Position numbers and translations under genes: made by a program. Source: the human T2T-CHM13v2.0 reference genome, Homo sapiens. From it: a stretch of 64,000 bases of DNA. Location of the stretch: NCBI RefSeq assembly GCF_009914755.1, contig NC_060936.1; one strand, 5' to 3'. This document shows positions 39,261 through 52,246 of this stretch, in pieces; position 1 is the first letter of the stretch; each line of letters starts with the position of its first letter. Below the pieces are notes generated by a model. The model saw nothing but the letters and a program-made list of their open reading frames with translations. It searched no databases and was not told the DNA's origin.

Positions 39261-39838
39261 GGCAAACACACGTGCCTACCTTGATCTGCCCATTTAATGG
39301 CTTTAGAAGTTGTTGGTGAGGTAACGGGTAAGGGAGAGACCAGGGGTAACTCTGCATTGTAAAAAGCAAATCAAATCAAGCAAAAATCTTGCTCTGATCC
39401 CTTATCTTCTTCCAGCTACTACCCCATTTCTTTACAGACATACATACTAAAGAAAAACCAAACACCATGACCACCACTACAGAAACCTCAATGGGGAATA
39501 TGTCTCCTCTTCCCGCCCTTTGCTGTTTCTTAAGTTCATTCTATTTAAACTTTTGTCTTCACCAAACCACTGACCTCCAAGTTACCAAATCTAATAATCA
39601 ATTCTCAGCTTAATCTCTACTTATCAACAAGCATTTAACACATTTCTTTCTTGAAATACATTCTCCTTGGCTGCTCCTTCTCACTGTCCTTTGCTAGACA
39701 ATCCTCATCTTCCTAATCTTTAATCGTTGGTGTGTCCCAGAACTTGATCCTAGGACCCTATTTCCACCTACACTCACTTTATAGTTAATATCATCCTGCC
39801 CCTACGGCTTTAAACATCCTGTTTTATAACTCCAAATC

Positions 39839-40122
39839 AGCCAGGAGCGGTGGCTCACGCCTGTAATCCCAGCACTTTGGGAGGCCAAGGCAGGTGGATC
39901 ACAAAGTCAGGAGATTGAGACCATCCTGGCTAACACAGTGAAACCTCGTTTCTACTAAAAATACAAAAAATTAGCCAGGCGTGGTGGCGGGTGCCTGTAG
40001 TCCCAGCTACTCAGGAGGCTGAGGCAGGAGAATGGCATGAACCCAGGAGATGGAGCTTGCAGTGAGCCGAGATCGTGTCACTGCACTCCAGCCTGGGTGA
40101 CAGAGTGAGACTCCATCTCAAA

Positions 40123-40152
<30 letters not shown>
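39839..40152 (+). mobile_element. AluY-like, within L2 fragments
   Basis: gaatggcatgaacccaggagatggagcttgcagt; (TAAA)n tail; TSD ATAA(C/T)TCCAAAT. Confidence 0.92.
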
Positions 40153-40154
<2 letters not shown>

Positions 40155-43010
40155 CCAAATAATTATTTGCAGTTCCATTTCTCCCCTTCAGACTCCCATT
40201 CACGCCTTTCCTGGGACCTGATGGACTTGATCCCTTGCTCCATTTAGGTCTCTTCTCAAATACAACTTAATGAACTCCCAAAAATGTTGTCAACCACTGT
40301 ATCTAAGACTACACCTTCCATCCTCCAGCCACTTTCTACCTCTTCCCTCTGCTTTATTTCTTCTGCCTACTTAACACCTCCACTTGTACGTGAATTTAAT
40401 ATGAGAAAAAGACCTCCAAAGAATTTTCACCTTTCCCTCCAAACCCAATCTTTCTTCAGTATTCCCGTATTTGTTTAAATCAAAACTGCAGAGGTATTAT
40501 TTACTCCTCATACAATATATTACCATTCCTCATACTCTTCACTCAATCCATCATGAAATGCCAACACCTCTATATGCTTAAAACATTTTCCAAATCTAAC
40601 CATTTAATCAGACCTTCCACTGCCAGCTTCTCTAATACAACCCATGTTCATTTCTCTACTGAAAAGATTATAGCAGCTGTTCTCCCTGCTTTTATACTCT
40701 TACCTCCTGTGGTCTAGTCCCAACAAAACAGTCCAATAATCTCTTCAATGTTTCTTTTCTGTTGAGATCCCTTTACTGGCTTCTCATCACATTTACAGTA
40801 GGTCAAGTCTTTACAGTGGTCTACCAGCATGTCTGACCTCCCCTGAGATCTCACCTCATACCCTCTCCCCCTTCATTCACATCATCCCCATCACATGAGC
40901 CTCTCTTTAGTTTCCTAAGTAAGCTCGGCCATTTCTTCCTCAGAAACTGTTGAGTCACAAAAAAAGACTGACAGAAACAGCAATTAACGTGTATAAAGGA
41001 TGAGAGTCTGCCAGAAAGACTGGATGACAAGAACAAAATGAATTAAAATTAAGTTCTACCACTTCTTGTCCATGTAAAATAAAAGTTGCTGATTTTTAAA
41101 AGTAATCAAATTCCTTCATTTGTGACAACAACAAAAAATATGGAAACCACTGCTTCCCTCAGGCTCTAGAGACAACTAAAGTAAGAACCGATTCCAAATA
41201 TCTGTCACCTGGTAGATGCCACAATGTTGCTCCCTTCCCTCCATCATATAATTATTTTCTCAAAGACAACAAGCACATAGTAGCTCAGTGAATGATTCTA
41301 CTTAATTTTCAAATCTATAGAACTATTTTCTTTAAAAATGGAAGTTATTCAGTCACTAATAAATCATGCTATATTATGTCCTTAGTGCATAAGGCAAATA
41401 CCACTGGCCTATATATTCCTATTTTTTTTTTCTATTATGCCCAATAAATTTCATAGCGTTGTAATAGTAGAAAACGTTGGCGAAGACTTTTATATTTGAT
41501 CTCAATAATTTTTACTATCCTAGAGATCCATCTATATATTTTTAAGAGAACACACTGACAACCTTGAAGTAGCTTAGTTATATGGATGAGAGCTTTAGGA
41601 ATTTTCTTTTGATGCTCTTGACTGGCTTAACCAGACTACTTAGTCAGAGAGCTAGTAGATATTATAAAGATTATTAAAAAATATGGTTTAAAGGATCAAG
41701 ACAACTTTTACTTCTGACATGGAATAGGTAGGAAAGTCAGCCATTCAGTCAATTAACTAAATGCAGTTAAGTTACAGGAATAAGCGTACATGTTCAAAAG
41801 CAGCTTTCGATCAGCTTCTGCATATGATGTTTTACGTGGCACTAAGGAACGACTTTGCTCTGAAACTTCAATTCCTAAGGTGAAATACATTTTATTTCAA
41901 AAGATATGAAAAAGAATCATCATGCTTTCAGCAAACGTGATATATGTTGTATAAGCCAAACACTAAGGAGGAGTATTTCAGGAAAGCACTATTAAGACGC
42001 TAAAAATAAGTGCATATTACAATCTCACTGACTTTTCCTGTCCTTGTTTCCTAGAAGCCCAGAGTGCTGCCCTAAAGCTACTATGTCTCATGTACCCAAT
42101 CTCTCCATATATGTAAGTCTACTTGTTATTTTTAGCACATTTGTCAGGGGCAGCTGTTGAAGAGTAGAAGGAAAAAAACAAGAAAGAACACAGTCATGCA
42201 TGATGGGACAGGAGAAGGGTAGCAAAGAACAGACTGAACATAATGTTCGGTCAAAACATCTAGCGGTGAGGGGAAAAAAAAGAAACCCCAACGACACTGA
42301 GGAGAAAAAAGTTGTGGCTACTGATAACAAAAATGATGATCTATCCCTAGTTTTCCAAGTTCCCTAGGAACTGCAAAATTGATGTAAGGTTTATTAAGCA
42401 CAAAACAAACTCAAAACAGCTGTACTAATATTCTGCAGTGAAAAAGGAGAATCAATAATCAACAACCTCCATTCTGGTAGGTTGCCTTTAAAAATCAGCA
42501 CTGTCTCATTTAAAACCAATACTTTATAAATGTTATTTATGCTGCAGGCATCTCTTTTGCTAAATCCTTTATATTTAATCATCATAACCCTATGGTGCAG
42601 GCATTTAATGCCCCCACTTAATGGATGAACTTAATCTAAAACTTGGTTTTCTCAAAACCTCACAAATAAGTAGCAGAAACAGGATTCAAATCCAGCCTGA
42701 CTTCAGAGTCCAAGCTCTTACACATTCCACCTGTCTTGTTACCTTAATTCTTTTGTTCTTCTATCAACTAGAAACTTTGGCCATAAGGGTTCCCTATTAT
42801 AGGCATGGATCACGTGGTTTTGCTTTTAGAAGTGTTACCGGAATGACTGCTTTGAAAAAACAGACTGAAGGCCTTGCCTCAGCTTTTGTAGCATCAGGAA
42901 GCCATAAGCAAGGTTTCTGGCAGCTGATGTTGGAGGAGGAGGAGGAAGAGGAGGCAGAGAAGGACGGAAGGGTGAGGATTGCTGAAGAGAAGTCTCAGTT
43001 GCAATTTTAC

Positions 43011-43217
43011 CTGTATTCTGTTGGGATGGGGTAAGACCCGTGAGCGACGGTCAAAGGTCTGTCCCACGTGGTAAGGCGGGAACCGCCGCTGCCGGTACTG
43101 AGGGCGATACTGGGGGCGGCGCAGCTGATTCCGGGCCCCAGAGAACTGCCTATCAGTGGCAGGGGGGTCAAATCCTTCACTGCTGCCGCTCCCTTCCTCC
43201 TCCTCCTCCCCAGCGTA
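43011..43217 (-). CDS. YBX3: YBX3 exon 6 (207 nt, 69 aa, frame-neutral cassette that distinguishes the long and short DbpA/ZONAB isoforms)
   Basis: GCTAG|TACGCT ... ATACAG|GTAAAA; translates YAGEEEEEGSGSSEGFDPP...HPNRIQ; phase 0-0. Confidence 0.97.
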
Positions 43218-43654
43218 CTAGCGAAGCAAAGAAACAGAGATTCAGAAGAAGTTTTAGCAAGGAAAGAACCAAAGAACACCATTTAGGATGAATATCACCA
43301 AAATAAAATCTCCCCAAAGCAATATAATCCTTTCCATTATACAGACAAAATGCATTTAACCCAGATTATCATGTGATTGCCTGGGATAAACTACATTAAG
43401 ATTAGAGTAGATCTGTGCAGATAAAATACCAAGAAGCAGAAAAGCAAGAGCAATCAATCTACAATCAATTTAATAGTCATCTCATTAGAACTCGTATCAG
43501 CTAACCAACCACCCGAAGAGTATCTGCAAGGTTTATAATTTTTGCTCCATCAAATGCGTGTCTCCCAGCATTTACCATCCACTGAGGCAATGTCAGGGAA
43601 AAGCCAAAAAAGAATACATTTTATGATGTTACCAACATATTTGACCCAAGTGGT

Positions 43655-44119
43655 ATTCTTCCTACAAGTCTGTAAAGTGTGGATGGGATTTCTGAAAACT
43701 TCCAGGGGGTCAGCGAGGTCAAACTATTGCCATAATATTACTAAGATGCTATTTGCCTTTCCCAGGCATTCTCTCAGAAGTATATGGTGGGGTCTCCCAA
43801 AGGCTACAATGACATGTGGTCTCTCAGCAGACTGAATGCAGAAACAGATGTGAGAATCCAGCTATCTTCTATTAAACCATACATCAGAGATCTGCAAAAG
43901 TATAAAGCAATACCACTCTTTTCAATTTAAATATTTTTTTTCCATAAAAACTGTTATTTTCATGAACATATAGTTATTTTTAATCAATTAACATTTTAAG
44001 TTTATTTTACTTTCTAATATAATATTAATATAAATAAACATTGACAAAAACTCTAGAATCCTCAATAACATGTAAGCATATAAACAGATCCCAAAATCAG
44101 GAAGTTTGAGAACCACTGA
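43655..44119 (+). mobile_element. hAT-Charlie-derived DNA transposon
   Basis: cagggggtcagcgaggtcaaactatt; gactgaatgcagaaacagatgtgagaatccagct; terminus aagtttgagaaccactg. Confidence 0.7.
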
Positions 44120-46029
44120 CCTAAGGCATGACTCCCTTTATATGTTTAGGAGTAAAGCTTTAATCATACTTTGATGGTAGTAAGCCCTAATCCTGGAGGT
44201 TTCTAAATAATAGATCTTATTAATATTCACAAAGGAATTTACCGATTCATTTTATATTTTTCTTCTATTTAAATTATATCATATACTACCATTTTACATT
44301 TTAAAAAACCAAACATCCTACAAAGACTGTGATTTCAAGTCTTACTTTAAAGGGGATATGCAAATGTCTTTAATGGGAAGTAACTAGTTTTTAAAAATGA
44401 ATAAATAAAAAAAGCAAAATAATGACCCATTACTTTTTTTTACAGGAGTGTATTTAAGCTTTGGACCCTTCCAGAACAAGTCCACATGTGCAACCAAACT
44501 CCCCCTCCAAAAAAGCCTCAACTAGTCTAACTTCAAAAAAAATCAAGTCATTCTACTCTTCATAAAACCTCTACCAAAGATGAGATTCACAATTATGTAA
44601 ACGTTTATTTGCACAGAAAATGCTTACCAAAATATTAAGTGTGAGACAACATAAACTGTTTTTCTTCTTGGGCTTATCTTCCTCTTTTGCATTTCACACA
44701 ATCAAATTTTTAAGAGTTTTACAAAGCATAATAATGGCACCAGCAATGCTGAACACACTCTTTTGAGAGATACTGAACAAGTTGTTGGGACTTAGATATT
44801 ACAACAAAAAAGCTCATTTATGTATACTTTAAGAGTTTTAACAATTTTGTTTCTTAAGCGTTTTAACAATTTTGTTTCTAAATATCTTTTATATGCATGA
44901 CTTTGGAATTTTCAGGTTTTGGACAGGAAAAGTCTTTAAGAAAAATTTTTCACTGAATGTTTTTCTACCACTTTTGCTTTTGAATTAACCTGGGAGTCAA
45001 AATAATCACAGTTAGCGCTCTGTGACTCTGATGAACTTCAAAGAGAACATGATGTAGGAAATGCTACAGCAGCTCATTCCTAGCTATCCCCCTCATAGCT
45101 TATTAAAAACCAAATAAGATAAGCAAAAACAAAGAAACAAGTGGGAAGTCCTAAGGAATCTGACAGAATTAATTTGGGCAGGATGTGATGATGGCAGAAT
45201 AAGGAGGAAAAGCATTTAGGTAAACAGAAAGATATAAAGCTATCAAAACATAAAGATGGGTCATTCTCAATCTGCAGATATTTAATTCTGATGAGTTTTT
45301 CTTTGGATGAGACAGGCAGTCACAATCCTGTGCTGACAAACATTCGGAGTTTTCTTCAATGTGCCAATACCTGGTTCTAATTCTAGAAACACCAAGAATG
45401 ATTCAAATCTAGTAAGTTTCTCATGACCACAAATATACTGGGTCCGTTTTGGGTGCCTTGAGAATACTCCTATAAACTGAGCCTCCCAAGAAAGCTCCAG
45501 CCAGATTTGTGACAAACTCTTTCCCCTGCATTGAAACCAACCTAAAGAACTAAAAATCCACAGAATCACTTATTGCTTCTTTACTTTGAAATAATGGAAA
45601 AATGCTATGCTAAATAAAACAGCCTCTTAACCAAGGCAAATTCGTTAATAGTTCTGTGGCCTGTACTTTTATTGCCTGTTCACAAGTTATTTCTCACTCT
45701 TTCACCAACCAAATTTTGATTTTCTTAGAGGTCAACAGTGTCGGCACCAAAGAATGAACAACAAGGTTAAGTCAATGATGGAAATCCATTCCCCTTTGCC
45801 AGTGAATGTCTGTGACTAGGTTCTGGCCAGAAAAAAGAGCCAAATGAAGAGAAACCTTGTTAAAAAAAACCTCAGCACTGTCTCCCTTAAGTCTTCCTGT
45901 TAAAAGATAATTAAATGTCTATTACTTGTAGCCAAATATATCCTAACTGATACAACTTCTGAATGGCAAGTGTCTAATGAGACCAGCGGCTCTGGAAAAG
46001 TTCTGAGCGCTAAAATTTCCCCTTAAGAG

Positions 46030-46166
46030 TACCGTGTATACTGCTCCAGTGATGGGTGCACCAAAATCTCAGAAATCACCACTAAAGAACTTATTCATGT
46101 AACTAATCACCACCGGTTTCCCAAAAACCTATGGAAATCAATAATACACATTTTAAAAAATAAGAT
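46030..46166 (+). mobile_element. Short L1 3' terminal fragment (L1PB/L1MA-type) near YBX3 exon 5
   Basis: gatgggtgcaccaaaatctcagaaatcaccactaaagaacttattcatgtaac; imperfect TSD TAAAATTTCC. Confidence 0.8.
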
Positions 46167-46313
46167 AAAAATTTCCTCTAAAGAAAAAATAAAAATCACT
46201 TAAATCATTTGTCTCCAGGAGAAGACAAGGCATTTATCTGCTCCAAGTACATACACTTAATTCCATGCATGAACAATTTCTCAATCACTGGTTAAGTAAC
46301 AGAGACAACGTAC

Positions 46314-46436
46314 ATTCCGGGGAGGGCCACGGCGCCTTCCATAGTAGCCACGTCTGTAACGGCGCCGATCTGCAGCGTAACGACTCCCTTCCACAGGAAC
46401 TCCATCCGGGCCAGTCACATTGGCAGCTTCTGCACC
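46314..46436 (-). CDS. YBX3: YBX3 exon 5 (123 nt), [41 protein letters not shown]
   Basis: ORF 46281..46484; TCTCAG|GGTGCA ... CGGAAT|GTACGT. Confidence 0.98.
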
Positions 46437-47854
46437 CTGAGAAGAAAATAAAAAGATGGCCTCAAAATTAAAAAGAATATACACTAACTCAAAAAACAGC
46501 CTTGGACTGCTAGAGTATAAGACTGGCAGAACATACTAAGAATTCCCACTGTGATTTTAAAAACAGATCTAGGTTTTAAACAAAGTGAGCAAGGTACTTC
46601 ACATCCTGATTTAAACATATATGGCTTGTTTGCTCATACAACCTGAGTTTTGCTTTCTTGTCTAGTAATGTCAATCGCAAAAGCAATGTGTAACCTCTTT
46701 AAAGAACATAAATTAGCAAATATACAACTGTCAAAGTAGAAGCAATGCTAGACCAGGAAGAATATTCCTCAATGGGAAAGACTTGAGATACTGTTATTTT
46801 CCTAGAATGTGTTGAAACCTATGTTAGTCTAGGAGGTACCAAGAGGACAATCCCTATTCATGGGCTCATATGATTCTCTGTCCAGCACAAAGGTACTGAG
46901 TGAAACTTCTCCTATTTTGGCAGCAACAAGAAGAAAGGGTCTTTGATGAATAATATTCTCCACACATGTAGTCCTTCTTTAGCCTTTCCTATTATCCTTG
47001 AAACAGATTTAGAATTCTTATTCTCATATGGACAAATGGAAAATGTTTCAAAAATGTTAAAAAAATGTAGACCAAGAAGATTTCAGAGAGTGTATTTCAC
47101 ACCCTACATCACTTTGTAAAACCCTGAGTTCTGAAAACATACAGAAGAAAAATCAACCCAAAACAATTTTTTAAAAATTGGATGGGATATCAGAGATCCT
47201 CACAGAGTGGCAGGTGCTGGTGAGTGATTTGAAAATCTAAAAGACTTACAAGATACCCTGGGGATCACACCGGTAAAGATAATCACTTAAATTTCTGCAT
47301 CCAATGAAATAAATTGTTTTTCTTTTAAAACACAATGGTTTGAGAGCCATTAGGAACATGACCTATGGAATGGTATATGTGTATATGGGAGGAGCACATA
47401 CAGGGAGTTAACCTCTCATCCAGTTAATTTATAATTCAGCTGCCATGATTAGCTGCCATGGCAGTTGTGCTATATGTAGTTTTAGCGTGTTTTTAATCTT
47501 ACTCAATATTGTTTTACTAGTATCTATAACAGACTAAACACAAAGCATAAAGGGCATTACAGACACGGAATTAAATATATAACAGTATTAAAAACTTCTG
47601 TAGCTAGTCTTCAGGAAAATCCCTTAACTTCTTGGATTCAGTTCACCCGGACGAAGCTATCTTAGGGTCTATCAGGGTACCTTCAGCTTCCCAAAATCCA
47701 AGCCAAACAGAAAACAAAATGATTAATATTCAATTTCGATCTCCTTTTATTGGGATTAAAATATTCTTTACCATGTATTATTTGTAGGTAGAAGTGCTTA
47801 CAAGTCAGCCTGAAAACTTTACTTTGATAAAAGAAATCTTTTGCCCCAAAGCAG

Positions 47855-48198
<344 letters not shown>

Positions 48199-48365
48199 TA
48201 ATCTGCATTTCGAAATACATACCTTTGGTATAAAAATATAAATTATTTTTAAATTGAGAAATCAGCTTTTCTTTCCATAATCAGAGTTGATCATTTATTA
48301 AATAAGAAATTAAAGTATCTTTATTGCAGAATGTTTATAATGACAATGTCAAAAATATTTCTGCT

Positions 48366-48660
<295 letters not shown>

Positions 48661-48796
48661 TTCTGTTTAAAAGTCACTTCCTGCTATTGTACAAAAATTC
48701 CAAAGTCATGTCAATTCATAAGGGGCTGATAGATAATTTATTGTGCAACAGTACTATGTGCCAGCACTTTGATACCCAACCACAATTTCCTCTCAC

Positions 48797-48886
48797 CTTC
48801 TCTCCTTCAACCACATCAAACTCTACAGTTTCTCCATCTCCTACACTGCGCAGATATTTCCGTGGGTTATTCTTCTTGATGGCAGT
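48797..48886 (-). CDS. YBX3: YBX3 exon 4 (90 nt), [30 protein letters not shown]
   Basis: TTCCAG|ACTGCC ... GAGAAG|GTGAGA. Confidence 0.98.
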
Positions 48887-51190
48887 CTGGAAAGAGAACA
48901 GAAAATTTTATTCGATGTATATTTCAATATTGGCCACAGATTTCACTGCTTTCAAGTACACCAGAGTGAACTTGAAGAAACTGTTGACCGATTCTTATTT
49001 TTCCACCATTCTCCCACTAAGTTGGATCTCCAACACAACAACAAGAAAGCACTATAAAACTATATTCCACATTACTTCCTTGATTTGTGCTATTCATCTT
49101 GACAGGTGGATTAAACAGAACATGTTTTTTCTATAACTGCAGTGTGTGCAGTGACTACACACTACTGTTACAGGCTGATCACCTGATCATATCAGATGTA
49201 TTAATTACCTCAAACCATTAAGCTTCAGAGATTCTCTGAATCTCCGGAGGAGGAAAGGAGGCAGTGATAAAGAAAAACAAATTAAAATGCCAAGGGGATA
49301 AATATTTCTGACGAGTAAACAAAATTATCTCAAGAATCAGAACGTATTAGTAATAATCTGGCCTCCCCCCTCTCCTCCCATTTTGCAGATGAGTTAACAC
49401 GAGGCTAACAGTTAAAGTGATTTATCTGAAGTCACAACCGTAACAGCCCCAGGGATGATGGGGGAAGTGGAGGAGGGGGAATTCATATCCCTGTACTCTA
49501 CCTATATGATATTTATTCAACTTTTCTCCCATCACACAATTCATGTCAACAAATCCTACATTCCCTGATAATACATTAAAAGGTTAGTGAAGATGCTATT
49601 CTTCATTAAACATCTACACCTAAATATCTGCTTATGAATAGGTGCTGCTCTCTCTTGTTCCATCAATGAAGGCAGAAAATAATTCCTGCCATGCATTTCC
49701 ATTTCTTTGGCTGGTATCTCTAAACAGTTAAAGGGGCTTGCGTTTCTATGGAACTAGGTCAACCTTATTTTATAAAGCGATTAAGCATGTGTAATCCAGC
49801 CCGTCCCCTAACTCTGAGTAGGAGGGAAAAGAAATAGTGAGCCAACAGAGCAGAGACCTCACCCATAGAGGAAAAAAGGCAGTTCAGGACAGGCACGCAG
49901 CATGAACATTCAGCCATTCCAAAAACAGCCCCTCCCTGCCGGCTCGCTCCCTTTTTCCTGTTAAACTGGGCAAGCCTCAACACATTGAGGTGACTCACCA
50001 CACAACCTCACGGGGGCTGGAATCGGGTCATATACTCACAGGCTAATAAAGCCAGCCACCAATACAGCAACTTCTGAGGACCTTGACTCTAGCAGTCTTC
50101 AGAATTCTTACCCTAAAAGGTCTATTAACCTCAAACCTCCAAGTATTATAAACAACACTATTATGACCCTAAAAGTCACTGTATCTGAACAAAATAAATC
50201 TACTCAAATTATCTAAATGCAACTGAGATATATCCAGTCAAGTAGAAATATAAACAATAGAAACCACAGCTAGATACCACTATCTCCAACTCCTACGGTC
50301 ACTCCAATACACACACAAACCTAAACAGAAGGAAACAAAAACACAGAAAATCAGATGTATTCTGGATTTCTGCACTGCAAGAGAATGGGCTGGCATTAGT
50401 ACCTGCTGCTCTATCTTCCTTATTGTTATACTCTGAGAACGCATATTTCAGACAATTCACTGAAAACTAAATAAACAAAAAGAACACTAAGGATAGTATT
50501 CCTTCTCTTAACCTATTTTATAAAGGAAGTCTAGGACATATTAATAACAGAATAAATAACATCCTAGGCTAATAAAGCAAAGAAAAACTGAGGCACCTAT
50601 AGCAGAGAAGCTCCATATCTTACCCATTTCCTCTATTTCCTGCAAATCTAAGGGAATTTGCAGCTTTTGACCTGGACACGTCCTAACATGCCTCATTTAA
50701 CAAGAGTGAGGGCTACCCTGGGAACTGGAAGTTTTCTCATCTTACTATCTGCTTCTCTGCGCTATTTACTTCAATTGAGAGCTGCTCTGACAGAGGAGCT
50801 TTAACCAATACCTACCCAGGCAGAAGCCAGATTGGCTCCAGGCAAACACTAAGGAGGAACCACATCAGGAGAACAGGATGCTAAAAGGGAAACAGACTTT
50901 TCTTTTTTTTGCTAAGGACTCAAAGGCTTTAAAAATTAGAAAGTGGTCTAACCAAATATCACTTTATACAACTGCAAAAATAAAACTATTTGAAAACAGT
51001 TAATATGATGGGGTAGAAGAACTTATTTGCCAATCTTAAAATGTGGAACTGAACTCCTGTTGCAAAATAAATCACAGAAAGAGTTTAGATTAAAATAATA
51101 ATCCATAGGACTTACTTTTGGGAAAGGGCTGACAGAAGATTACACACCCTCTCCTCACATAGCAAATGTAGTATTTATAATCCCTCTTAC

Positions 51191-51224
51191 CTGATGTACA
51201 AATACATCTTCTTTGGTGTCATTT
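51191..51224 (-). CDS. YBX3: YBX3 exon 3 (34 nt), NDTKEDVFVHQ (RNP2)
   Basis: CAACAG|AAATGAC ... CATCAG|GTAAGA. Confidence 0.97.
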
Positions 51225-52182
51225 CTGTTGAAAGACAAAAAGCTCACAATTAAAGGTAGTACGTATGTGGAAAAACTTAAAAGAACCTATGTGTTATGAA
51301 TTTAACTCCCAAGTCCTCAAAACACAACATATATTTTCACTTATTTTCTACACTCAATTCAGACACCTAAAATCCTTGTTAAACATTTCTAACTCCACAG
51401 GCCACCCACCTTCCTCCTCCACATTGCCACAGTGCTTAGATCCAAGCTCACAGACTCAACATACAGAAACATCCCGTTCCTCTGTCTCTTTCTGAATCAC
51501 ATGGTGTGTAATCAGAGCCTCAGATTTTCCTCCCAGCAAAAGCAAAGCAAGACAGTTAAAAGGACAGGGCACAGCTGTGAACTAGGCTCTCCTTACACTG
51601 AAACTTAAAACAGCCCCCCACCCCCACCCCACCAAAGGAGACAAGAAATTGGAGGACTTTAAGAAGGGGTGGGAAAGCAAAGAAAATGCCGATATCATGT
51701 GAAAACCTCATAATACTCCCAGCATCTTGTAGTTATGTTCTCATTCCTGTACGGTTAAAAGTTACCACAGTTTACAGTTTCTACATAGGACTGGACCAGA
51801 AGTGAGTTAAAGATCCAGCTCAATGACTCACTAGTTGGGTGACCTTAGGAAAGCTGCTTAACCAGTGTAAGACTCCGTTTCTCCATCTGTGAAATTATGG
51901 ATATGGTCTCATTTATCCTAAGGCCCTTCCCATTTCTGATTTTATCTCCCCCTCCTTTTCTTCCTTAATGACTAGATTTTATGAAATAAGTTATTTATTA
52001 GTGTCCTGGAAATGTATTTTAAGTAATATTTAACAACCAGTAGCTTAGAAATGAGAATATTTACAGTGCTTAGAAACCTAAAAAATTTATATAAGCCATT
52101 AATGAAGGCTAAGGGATTTATAACTCCTGGTGCCACAATGTAAGTATAAACTTAAAACATGCAAATATACGCACACACATAC

Positions 52183-52246
52183 CGATTTATAAATCCATAT
52201 CCATTTCTGACGTTGAACCATTTGACAGTGCCAAGGACTTTGGTGG
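52183..52246 (-). CDS. YBX3: YBX3 exon 2 (64 nt), cold-shock domain [22 protein letters not shown] (RNP1)
   Basis: Acceptor TTTTAG|CCACC, donor ATCG|GTATGT; translation matches the CSD; phase continuous. Confidence 0.98.

Noticed and set aside
42621-43291. + strand ORFs with poly-Glu (137 aa, 83 aa, 72 aa)
   Set aside because: Antisense shadows of exon 6 and the adjacent CT-rich tract
49989-50115. AP-1 palindrome GGTGACTCACC overlapping a donor-like GTG|GTGAGT in intron 3
   Set aside because: No convincing paired acceptor; a single short motif is expected by chance
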